From: a virus
Lineage: Duplodnaviria; Caudoviricetes
Strand: one strand, 5' to 3'
Length of the DNA: 38,074 bases
Virus record (IMG/VR): IMGVR_UViG_3300011403_000023
Coordinates: 1 to 38,074 of that record
Positions 8,671 through 16,599 of this stretch are shown one piece after another. Both the position numbers and the translations under genes were made by a program. The notes beneath the pieces are model-generated. The model worked only from the letters and a program-made list of their open reading frames with translations, did not search any database and was not told where the DNA came from. Every line of letters starts with the position of its first letter. Position 1 is the first letter of the stretch.

Positions 8671-8937
8671 TTGACCCCCTACAAGCTCCCGCCCTACGCT
8701 CACCCCATGTCCCGGCGCACCTCGACCGCCGCCAAAGCCGATCTGCTCTTCAAGCGCGGCTGGGTCGATGTCTGGGACACCGATCGCGCCTGCCGTTCCT
8801 GGACGCACCCCGAGCTAAACCACACCTGGACCCTCGAAGATGCTCACCAACTCCAGACCGAGGCAGACGCCGGCGAACGCAGCCTCACCGCAGCCGCACT
8901 GCGCGGGGACGAGCCACGGGCTCGCCAGGGGGCCTAG
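8671..8937 (+). CDS. Hypothetical protein
   Basis: TTGA overlap with the loader gene. Confidence 0.55.
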   Translation: MTPYKLPPYAHPMSRRTSTAAKADLLFKRGWVDVWDTDRACRSWTHPELNHTWTLEDAHQLQTEADAGERSLTAAALRGDEPRARQGA

Positions 8938-9047
8938 GATGCGTCAGGAGCGAGGCAACGCCGGAATAGGCTCAGGAGCATCCCGAGCGAGAAGTCGTCC
9001 TGTAGCGCATCCTGTGAAGCGTGGAGGGCAAGGGTAGGCTCACAACA

Positions 9048-9392
9048 GTGGACGAACAGCCCGTCAAGCCGAACCCGGCGGATCGCCTCAAGCCGTGGCA
9101 GTGGCAGAAGGGGATACCCTCACCGAATCCAGCGGGGCGCCCCAAGCGCAAGCGGTTCCAGGAGGCCCTCGAAGCCCTGTTCGAGGAGCGCCCGGAGCGG
9201 TTCGCGCAGATGATCGAGGACATCGTGGACGAGGCGGGATCGGGCAAGAAGCAGATGATGGAGGCCGCCAAGTTCGTGCGTGACACCGTGGATGGCCCGC
9301 TCGAGACGCGCCTCGCTGGGCCGGACGGTGGCGCGGTAGAGTTGAAGGTAGTGATGGAGCTGCACGACGCGCCGGAGAAGGAGTCAACGTGA
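9048..9392 (+). CDS. Terminase small subunit-like protein (DUF5681-type)
   Basis: LKPWQWQKG.PSPNPAGRPK at the N-terminus, DTVDGP and AGPDGG near the C-terminus. Upstream of TerL. Confidence 0.7.
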   Translation: MDEQPVKPNPADRLKPWQWQKGIPSPNPAGRPKRKRFQEALEALFEERPERFAQMIEDIVDEAGSGKKQMMEAAKFVRDTVDGPLETRLAGPDGGAVELKVVMELHDAPEKEST

Positions 9393-9586
9393 AGGACTAC
9401 GAGATAGCGCGCGACTACGTGCGAGCCCGTGCATCCAACGACGCGAAGGAGACGGCGCGTTTGCTGCGTGAATGGATTGCGCTGGATCGCAGCGAGTCAA
9501 CTCTCAACGACTTTTATCGCTCGGTGGAGCACATTGCGCCGCAGTTCGTGCCGCCGCCGCGCACGTTGGCGCTGGGGAACGAGTGA
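9389..9586 (+). CDS. Hypothetical protein
   Basis: RBS AAGGAG and overlapping start/stop codons. Confidence 0.6.
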   Translation: MKDYEIARDYVRARASNDAKETARLLREWIALDRSESTLNDFYRSVEHIAPQFVPPPRTLALGNE

Positions 9587-9828
9587 TGCTCACCGCGCTG
9601 CGCCTCACCTCGCGCGCCATCACGCGCGTCTACGCCGTGACCCGCACACGCACTCCGTGGTGGCTCGTGCGCTTCCACGGGTGGGTTTTGCGCCGCATCC
9701 CGGCGCGCACGATGGCCGACGCGCTCGACGGTCCTCCGGCATTCGCGCGGGGCGACACGAGTAGCCAGTGGACGCTCTCGTGGGACAAGACTGCGCACCG
9801 GTGGATTGAGCATCCGCCTGGAACGTGA
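9586..9828 (+). CDS. Hypothetical protein
   Basis: TGATG overlap with the upstream gene. Trp/Arg-rich. Confidence 0.5.
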   Translation: MLTALRLTSRAITRVYAVTRTRTPWWLVRFHGWVLRRIPARTMADALDGPPAFARGDTSSQWTLSWDKTAHRWIEHPPGT

Positions 9829-10055
9829 AGCGCCGCCGCCCTCGGGTTCACCAGTCGATGCGCACCAAGCGCAGGGCGAGGCGTGAGCGACTGTCGCGCA
9901 GCATCGCGGACAATGCGCGCCGCATTCGCGCGTGGCTGGACCTGTGGAACCGCATGGAGTTTGACCGGCCCACTGTGGCTACTGGCGTGGTGGCAAGCGA
10001 CGGTCGGCGCTCGTACACGGTCGGCGACTTCGTGAAGTACATCGCCAAGCCGTGA
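9825..10055 (+). CDS. Small basic hypothetical protein
   Basis: GTGA overlaps at both ends. Confidence 0.5.
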   Translation: MKRRRPRVHQSMRTKRRARRERLSRSIADNARRIRAWLDLWNRMEFDRPTVATGVVASDGRRSYTVGDFVKYIAKP

Positions 10056-11746
10056 CGCTCGCCGCGCCCACCGTCAAGCTGCACGGCTACGGCGCGATCA
10101 AGGCGCTCGCGCATTGCCGTGATCCGCGCATCCTCATAGAAGGGGGCGCAAACTCTGGAAAAACGAGCGGGATTTGCCGAATCATCGAGTGGCACTGCTG
10201 GGCGCATCCAGGTATCCGCGTGCTGTTCTGCCGACAGACGATGCAGAGCTTGCGCGAGTCGATCATGGTGACGCTCGAGGAGAAGGTGTGGGCGCCGATG
10301 ATGGGAGGCCGGCGACACCCGGCGATGAGCGGCACCGCATCGCGCGGCACGCGCCGCACGTACCAGTACCCGAACGGCTCGGTCATCGTCATCGGTGGTC
10401 TCGAAGATCCGGGCTGGACGTTCTCGATGGAGTACGACCTCATTGTGGTCTTCGAGGCGTGGGAGATCAGCCGCGACAGCATGGAGAAGCTGTACCGCGC
10501 CAACCGCAACCACATGCTCTGCCGCTTCAACGAGGCCAACAAGGAACTTGCGGCCAGCCTAGAGAGCGACTGGAACGATGAGCGATGGTTACGCGGGCAC
10601 CAGTGCTGGCAACAGATCATCGCGGACACGAACCCGCACAGCGAGTTTCACTGGCTGAACCAGATCGCGGCGCCCATCGGCGGCGAAGAGGTAGACCGCA
10701 TCAAGTCGGATCAGCTCCCGTCGCGGCGTGTGTTCCGCTCACCGGATCACCCGTTCACGCGCATCCTGTCGCGCCACGTAGACAACCCCGCTTGCACCAA
10801 GGACGACCTGACGCGCCTACGTGCGCTCACCGGGCACAGGTACGTGAACCTCTACCTGGCGCTGTGGGCGAGCGCCGTCGGCCAAATCTGGCCCAGCTTC
10901 GACCCGACCGTTCACATGCAGACTGGGCGCGTCTCCCGTGATGGCGACATGGACCCCGCGTGCATGAAGGATGGCAAGTTCATCGCGCCGGACCGGCGCC
11001 TGATGTACCTCGAGCTTCTCGGCGAGCGTGGCCCGCACCTACCGGCCAAGATGGATGTCAAGTGGGCGTTCGCGTCGATGGACTTCGGGTATCGCAAGGC
11101 CGGCTGCGGGCAAGTGTGGCTCGTGGACAACGAGGACCGCATGTACCGCGCGGTTGAAATCTACCGCTGCGAGATGATGGATGACTGGTGGGCCGAGAAG
11201 TTCATTCAGCTGTGCTTTGAGTTCAACCTGCACGCGATCGTGTGCGACTCGGAAGATCCTGAGCGCGTGGTGAAGTTCAACGACCGCCTGTCCAACTTCA
11301 AGAACAGGAACGGTCAGGCCATTGCGCAGGGCGTTGACAAGAGTGTGCGGCGCGGCAACCGCAGCCGCTTCGTGACGACCAAGCTCGACCTCGTGCGCGA
11401 CATGCTGGCGCCGGATCAGGTGGGCGGGCCACGCATGTACTGGCTCAGGGATGCCTTGCGCGAGGGGCGCGACCCGATCTGCAAGGACAAGATGCTGCCG
11501 ACGTGCAGCGAGGAAGAGATCCCCTCCTACGTGTTCCCGGAGCACAAGGACGGCAAGGAAGACTCAGAGGAGCCCGACGATGCCTGCGAGGACCACGGCT
11601 GCGACGCGGCGGCCTACGCCGCGGTCTACAAGTGGCTGATGGACCCGGTGGGGATTCGCCAGAAAGACCACATGCCGATCGGCACGGCGGGGTGGCGCAT
11701 GGGACACAAGGATGTGCTCAGGAAGAGCAGGAAGTGGCAGAGATGA
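10052..11746 (+). CDS. terL: Terminase large subunit
   Basis: Walker A GGANSGKT, YPNGS.I.IGGL, Walker B-like LIVVFE, coupling motif DTNP, and RNase H-like nuclease residues in SMDFG, VCDS and DHGCDA. Confidence 0.92.
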   Translation: MTLAAPTVKLHGYGAIKALAHCRDPRILIEGGANSGKTSGICRIIEWHCWAHPGIRVLFCRQTMQSLRESIMVTLEEKVWAPMMGGRRHPAMSGTASRGTRRTYQYPNGSVIVIGGLEDPGWTFSMEYDLIVVFEAWEISRDSMEKLYRANRNHMLCRFNEANKELAASLESDWNDERWLRGHQCWQQIIADTNPHSEFHWLNQIAAPIGGEEVDRIKSDQLPSRRVFRSPDHPFTRILSRHVDNPACTKDDLTRLRALTGHRYVNLYLALWASAVGQIWPSFDPTVHMQTGRVSRDGDMDPACMKDGKFIAPDRRLMYLELLGERGPHLPAKMDVKWAFASMDFGYRKAGCGQVWLVDNEDRMYRAVEIYRCEMMDDWWAEKFIQLCFEFNLHAIVCDSEDPERVVKFNDRLSNFKNRNGQAIAQGVDKSVRRGNRSRFVTTKLDLVRDMLAPDQVGGPRMYWLRDALREGRDPICKDKMLPTCSEEEIPSYVFPEHKDGKEDSEEPDDACEDHGCDAAAYAAVYKWLMDPVGIRQKDHMPIGTAGWRMGHKDVLRKSRKWQR

Positions 11747-11967
11747 ACCCAGCGAAACTATGCCCGTGGGCAACAAAGGCGTTGCGCGCAGTCGTCAACG
11801 CTCACGAGGAGCAATACTGCCGCAAGGCGGATGCTGTTGAGGTGGACCCCGCGACGATGGATCGCCTGAGTGTGGAGTTGGAAATCCCAGGGGCGTGGAT
11901 GCGCTCTGGCCGCCCGAGTGGAGAGCTAACGATCTACGGCGTTCCAGTGCGGGTGGTGCAGCGATGA
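11743..11967 (+). CDS. Mini-protein resembling an HK97-fold capsid A-domain segment
   Basis: ATGA overlap with terL. ADAVEVDPATMDRL...ELTIYGVPVRVV resembles the capsid consensus 'a.vmnp.t...L...tl.G.PV.v'. Confidence 0.55.
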   Translation: MNPAKLCPWATKALRAVVNAHEEQYCRKADAVEVDPATMDRLSVELEIPGAWMRSGRPSGELTIYGVPVRVVQR

Positions 11968-12040
11968 CGTTCCCCCTAGCGGCGCCGGCTGACCCTGCGC
12001 ATACTGGACACGTCCCCAGTCTCTCAACCGGAGTGCCAAC

Positions 12041-13267
12041 ATGATCGCGCTTCTCCTCAGCCTCGTTCTGTCCGCCCCGCAGGTCAACCGTAACGCGCTC
12101 GTCATCATCCTGGATGACGTGGCCCGCGCCGACCTCGAAGAGGTGAGCGCGCTCGGGGGCACGCCGAACCTCGATGCTCTGGCGGCGCAGGGCGTCACGT
12201 TCACGCGCTGCATGGCGTCGAGCGTGTGCTCGCCATCGCGCCGCGCCATCGTGTTCGGGCGGTACTACGCGTTCGACGCTGGTGTGTGTGGGCCGGCGAA
12301 CTGGTACACGCCGGGATTCTCGCAGACATCGCTCGCCGAGGTCGTGCCAACGTACGCGAGCGCCATCATCGGCAAGTGGCACATCGGCGGTGACGCAGTG
12401 GGTGGCGCGTGGCAGTGCGCGCCGATCTCGCAGGGGTTCAACTACTGGGTAGCGGGGCACGAGAACCTGCGCGCCTGCTCGAACATCAGTTACACGAACT
12501 GGGAGCGCGTCGATGCGTGCGACAGCGCGTTCACGGTGGAGTACGAGCCATTCGCTGTGCGGGACGCCTTCGTCGCTGGCTGGCCGGCGACGGTAGGCCC
12601 GAAGCTCGGGATCGTGGCGTCGAGCTTGGCGCACGGCCCCCACCACAAGCCGCCCGCATCGTTGCTTCCGCCGGGCTACCCGGCGCCGGGCAACGTGCCG
12701 CGTGACCAGTACCGCGCCATGATCGCGGCCTACGACACGCTCATCGGAGAGATGCTCGCGGTGGTGGACCTGCGCTACACGATGGTGTTCGTGGTGGGGG
12801 ACAACGGGACGCCGACCACCTTCGAGCCGCGCGGCAAGGCCACCTGTTACGAGCGCGGCATCAACGTTCCGCTGATCGTGGCTGGGTGGACCGTGAGGAA
12901 CCCCGGGCGCGTCACCGACGAGCTGGTGCATGTGGCCGACATCCCTGCCACGATCGCGGCTCAGTTCGCCAGCACGCTCGTGCAGGAGTGGGACGGGGCT
13001 TCGCTGCATATGACCTTGGCGGACCTCCCGCACGCGCCGCACCACAACATCGTGATCGGCGGCTCTGGCGCTGGGCCTGGTGGGCTCTATGCGCGCTCGT
13101 GGCGGGTGAAGCTGATCGACCGTGACCCACCGCTCCAGGATGAGCTGTACGACCTCGTGGGTGACGGGTACAGCGAGACGGTGAACCGGGTGGGCGAGAA
13201 CAGCTATGCGGCGGACGAGCTGGAGCTGCGGGCGGCGCTGGACGCATTCCGGGCGAGGACGTACTGA
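12041..13267 (+). CDS. Secreted Cys-type (formylglycine-dependent) sulfatase
   Basis: Hydrophobic N-terminus, then NALVIILDD, TPNLDALA..G..F, signature CSPSR, GKWH, HGPH, GDNG, GK...YE.G..VPLIV, D..ATI and ELYDL. RBS GGAG. Confidence 0.92.
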   Translation: MIALLLSLVLSAPQVNRNALVIILDDVARADLEEVSALGGTPNLDALAAQGVTFTRCMASSVCSPSRRAIVFGRYYAFDAGVCGPANWYTPGFSQTSLAEVVPTYASAIIGKWHIGGDAVGGAWQCAPISQGFNYWVAGHENLRACSNISYTNWERVDACDSAFTVEYEPFAVRDAFVAGWPATVGPKLGIVASSLAHGPHHKPPASLLPPGYPAPGNVPRDQYRAMIAAYDTLIGEMLAVVDLRYTMVFVVGDNGTPTTFEPRGKATCYERGINVPLIVAGWTVRNPGRVTDELVHVADIPATIAAQFASTLVQEWDGASLHMTLADLPHAPHHNIVIGGSGAGPGGLYARSWRVKLIDRDPPLQDELYDLVGDGYSETVNRVGENSYAADELELRAALDAFRARTY

Positions 13268-13356
13268 GACAGGGGCGCCGGGGCTGTGCTGTGCCGGGAG
13301 ATCCGGCGCGGGCCAGAGAGACCGGCGGGCCCATGAATCACCCCGGCGCCCACCCC

Positions 13357-13384
13357 TTGACAGGCCCCCCCAAAGGGCTAGTGT
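13357..13384 (+). promoter_or_regulatory. Sigma70-like promoter
   Basis: TTGACA (13357-13362), 16-nt spacer, TAGTGT (13379-13384). Preceded by an 11-bp inverted repeat at 13272-13282/13341-13351. Confidence 0.6.
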
Positions 13385-13391
13385 CTGTGCC

Positions 13392-13496
13392 GTGAGCTTC
13401 TGGGTTATCTTGTGGCTCGCTGTGGCCGCAGCCATCGGTATCGTGTCGGCGGCGGTAGGCCGGGTCATGCGAGACGATGACGAGGGATACCTGTGA
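13392..13496 (+). CDS. 34-aa single-TM peptide, probably leaderless
   Basis: GTG 7 nt after the -10 box. Hydrophobic FWVILWLAVAAAIGIVSAAVG followed by an acidic tail. GTGA overlap with the next gene. Confidence 0.55.
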   Translation: MSFWVILWLAVAAAIGIVSAAVGRVMRDDDEGYL

Positions 13497-13699
13497 GCCT
13501 GACCCGCCGCGCTCTATTCGGCCTCGTCGCCGGCCTGCCGTTCGCGTTGAAGGCTGGCGCGGTTGAGAAGCCTCATGTCTGGCCTGCACCCACGTTCAAG
13601 GGCGTGCCGTTCCTGTACGAGAAGGCCATGGAAGGTCCGCGCCTGTGGCATATGTCGAGCGTCGGCGATCCGACGGACTGGGACAGGTTGCCCCTGTGA
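13493..13699 (+). CDS. Tat-signal mini-protein carrying a major-capsid-like segment
   Basis: LTRRALFG twin-arginine motif, h-region and AxA site. WPAPTFKGVPFLY matches the MCP segment WPAPMFNGVPFVF. Confidence 0.75.
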   Translation: MSLTRRALFGLVAGLPFALKAGAVEKPHVWPAPTFKGVPFLYEKAMEGPRLWHMSSVGDPTDWDRLPL

Positions 13700-14004
13700 G
13701 CGCCCGCCCCGTCTGGAAGAAGCAGAACCAGCTCGTCGAAGCCGAGCAGCTCACGGCGCGATTCATCCCCGAGGGCCTAGAAGAGGCCCGCGCCGGGCTC
13801 ACCGAGCACATTGTATACACCCTGCGCACCCCGTTCGGGCTGACGATCGTGCCTCTCGGCGCTTGGATCATCTACGACGAGGAGGGCGTGCGTGCGGTGC
13901 CCCAAGCAGTCTTCGAGCGCCTGTACAAGCCAGTGTCGATCGCTGGGAAAGCGGTGGCGCTGGGCGAGAGGGCGGTCAGGCGCATCATCGAGGCGACACG
14001 ATGA
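13696..14004 (+). CDS. Conserved phage protein (KK...VEA.Q / G.WII...EG / FE..Y family)
   Basis: WKKQNQLVEAEQ...LRTPFG....LGAWII...EG...AVFERLYKPV resembles a widespread phage family of unknown function. Confidence 0.6.
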   Translation: MSARPVWKKQNQLVEAEQLTARFIPEGLEEARAGLTEHIVYTLRTPFGLTIVPLGAWIIYDEEGVRAVPQAVFERLYKPVSIAGKAVALGERAVRRIIEATR

Positions 14005-14393
14005 CGCGCTGGACCAAGCCATACATCAAGCCGACGTGGGATGCGATGCAGAGGCATTGGGATGAGGACGCCAAGGCGCGCGAAGACGTTCCGCCGCGCG
14101 CTCCAGCCGTCGAGTTCCGGTGGTTTCGGCATGACGGGGGTAAATGGCACTGCATCGAACGCTTCGAGGGCGAGTGCCTTGTTTCGGCGTGCGGCAACTT
14201 CTTGAGGTCCGGCTACGCCGAACTATCGAGCAGTCCGCCAGTGCAGCAGTCCTGCTTGAGCTGTTTGCGCAGGCTGTCGAAGCTCCCGCCTGGGACGTAC
14301 ACCGATGATGCGCTACCGGCCAAAGCCGAGCAGACGGCGCGCGCATGGCTTGGGGGAACATTGCCTGCTTACAAGGAGGGTCGGCGGTGCTGA
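14001..14393 (+). CDS. Hypothetical protein, possible zinc finger
   Basis: KWH...SACG...CLSC ligand pattern. ATGA overlap. Confidence 0.55.
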   Translation: MTRWTKPYIKPTWDAMQRHWDEDAKAREDVPPRAPAVEFRWFRHDGGKWHCIERFEGECLVSACGNFLRSGYAELSSSPPVQQSCLSCLRRLSKLPPGTYTDDALPAKAEQTARAWLGGTLPAYKEGRRC

Positions 14394-16447
14394 AGTTGAC
14401 CCCGGACTCCCTGTTCCACGAGTTCGAGGCCGCGCACGCCAAGACCAAATCCGTCCTCGCCAAGCACAAGGAGCAGGTCGCGCAACGCGCCGGACCGCAC
14501 TACATGGAGGGGCTGACCGCGCAGCAGCCGATGCGTCAGAACGTGATGCACCGCTGGCTCTCCTACGTGATCCCGCAGGTTGTGTGGCGGGACCCTGCGG
14601 TCGAGGTGGGCACGCTGGTCGAGAGCGAGGGCGGCGAGGACTTCGAGCTTGAGCTGGCTGCGAACCGGCTCATCGTGGACCAACAGTTCAAGAAGCTGTA
14701 CGCGGACGGTCCTGTGCAGGACATGCAGTACAACTTCGGGGTGCTCATGGTCGTGCCGGAGCCCGTGGCTGGCGCGCGTCCGATCGAGGGCGTGGGGACG
14801 GACTGGGCGCCTGGTGACACGAAGCGGGGCGCACCTCCGCCGCGCACGCCGTGGCTGCCGAAGTCCTACCGCATCCAGCAGCATCGGTACTTCGAGGACT
14901 CGCTGGCCTCCACGCGCGACGAGATCCGCTTGCAGGGGCACATCTGGGTCAAGGATAAGGACGACATCCTGAAGGAGGGCGAGAAGGGCGGCTGGGATGT
15001 CGAGACGATCGAGCGGTACGCTGCCGCTGACTCGCAACTCGAGTACCTCGGGCGCTCTGAGTCAGACGCGCAGGGTGGTGACATCGTGCGGCGCGACGAG
15101 ATCGTGGGCGCCGAGGTGTACGTGCCCGAGTACGACCTGGAGGAGGGGAACGCCTGGGGTGTCCCGGCCTCGCCCGGCCCGGAGAAGGGCTTTCACGGAA
15201 CCATCTTCACGATCCTGGTGAACCGTGCGGCGGCGCTCCAGGCGGACGCGAAGAAGGACGAGACCAACGTCTTCACGATGAAAGACGTGAAGGAGTCGCA
15301 GGCGAAGGGGACGAGGTTCCCGCGTGTCCCGCGTCCCTGGTACGGCTCGGAGCGTGGGCCTTACGTCATCTTCGGTCAGTTCACGGTGCCCAATCACACT
15401 CTCCCGCTCGGCTCGTTCAGCGCGGTCGGTGAGGAGATGATGCAGATGGGGACCGACTTCGAGATCGCGCAGAAGATGCTGCGCTCGTACAAGAAGATCG
15501 GGCTGATAGCCAAGGGGACGGACGAGGATGTCAAGGCCGTGGTCGGCGGCGAACACCTCAACCTCTACAAGATCGCGGGAATTACCAAGGAGGACGTGAT
15601 CGCCTTGGAGCTGGGCGGGCTGACGGATCAAGCCGTGGCGCACCTCGAGTTCTCGCGGCAGAACTTGGAGAGCACGCTGGGGCTGAACGAGATGCACTCG
15701 GGCAACGTGTCCGGGGTAGGCACGGCGACGGAGCAGACGATTGCGAACAACGCGGCGCAGGCACGCTTCGACGGGATCAGGCAGTCGGTCGAAGATGCGG
15801 TGATCGACCACATCTGGCGCTGCTGCTGGTTCTTGTACGAGGACAACCGCGCGGCGATGCAGCTTCCGAAGGACGCTAGTGCCGAGCTGGTGAAGCGCGG
15901 GCTGATGGAGCCGGAGATGGTGAGCTTGCCCGATGGGTCGGTGGAGCAGCGCATCCCGCAGGCGACGTACTTGGGTGGGAAGCGGGAGGGCGTGGAGCGC
16001 CTGCCATTCAACGCGCTCTCCGTGCGGATCAAGCCCTACTCGATGGAACGCACGAGCGAGGCGCGCCAGGCGGCCACGATGGCGACGGTGCTCGGCGCGG
16101 TGGGGCAGATGGTGCCGATGGCGGCGCAGTTCCCCGCGTTCCACTGGGGCGAGCTGGCCGACAAGATCGGCGATGCGATCAACTTCCCCGGCCTCGGGCG
16201 CATGTTCGGGAAACCGGACGAGATCGCGGCGAGCGGGGTCCAGGTGGCGCAGGCGATGAACGCGGGCGAGGCGGCGCCGGCGGGGAAGATCCAGCCCAAG
16301 GTGGCGAGCATGGGGTCAGGCAGGCCCGGTGGTGGCGCAGGGGCGCGTCCTCAGCGCATGCCGCAGACACGAGGTAGCGCAGGGGCGCGGCAGGGACCGA
16401 AGGCCACGGCGCAGCCTAGCAAGCCGGTGAAGGCGGGGGTGGCATGA
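14387..16447 (+). CDS. Portal protein
   Basis: GTG after AAGGAGG. About 686 aa, located between terL and the scaffold/capsid genes. G..G..TATE motif typical of P22-like portals and a disordered C-terminus. Confidence 0.8.
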   Translation: MLKLTPDSLFHEFEAAHAKTKSVLAKHKEQVAQRAGPHYMEGLTAQQPMRQNVMHRWLSYVIPQVVWRDPAVEVGTLVESEGGEDFELELAANRLIVDQQFKKLYADGPVQDMQYNFGVLMVVPEPVAGARPIEGVGTDWAPGDTKRGAPPPRTPWLPKSYRIQQHRYFEDSLASTRDEIRLQGHIWVKDKDDILKEGEKGGWDVETIERYAAADSQLEYLGRSESDAQGGDIVRRDEIVGAEVYVPEYDLEEGNAWGVPASPGPEKGFHGTIFTILVNRAAALQADAKKDETNVFTMKDVKESQAKGTRFPRVPRPWYGSERGPYVIFGQFTVPNHTLPLGSFSAVGEEMMQMGTDFEIAQKMLRSYKKIGLIAKGTDEDVKAVVGGEHLNLYKIAGITKEDVIALELGGLTDQAVAHLEFSRQNLESTLGLNEMHSGNVSGVGTATEQTIANNAAQARFDGIRQSVEDAVIDHIWRCCWFLYEDNRAAMQLPKDASAELVKRGLMEPEMVSLPDGSVEQRIPQATYLGGKREGVERLPFNALSVRIKPYSMERTSEARQAATMATVLGAVGQMVPMAAQFPAFHWGELADKIGDAINFPGLGRMFGKPDEIAASGVQVAQAMNAGEAAPAGKIQPKVASMGSGRPGGGAGARPQRMPQTRGSAGARQGPKATAQPSKPVKAGVA

Positions 16448-16599
16448 TCCGCACGCTCATCATGCGGTGGTGGGCCATGCGCAAGGCTGAGAAGCTCGAC
16501 CGCGACTATGAGCGGTACAAGCGCATTCGTGCGGAGATGTGGAAGCGCGTTGGCGGCATCGACCCCGAGGCCGTGGATAGGTTCTGGGGGACATCCTGA
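16444..16599 (+). CDS. Small hypothetical protein (51 aa)
   Basis: MIRTLIMRWWAMRKAEK... fills the gap exactly, with ATGA and TGATG overlaps. Confidence 0.55.
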   Translation: MIRTLIMRWWAMRKAEKLDRDYERYKRIRAEMWKRVGGIDPEAVDRFWGTS

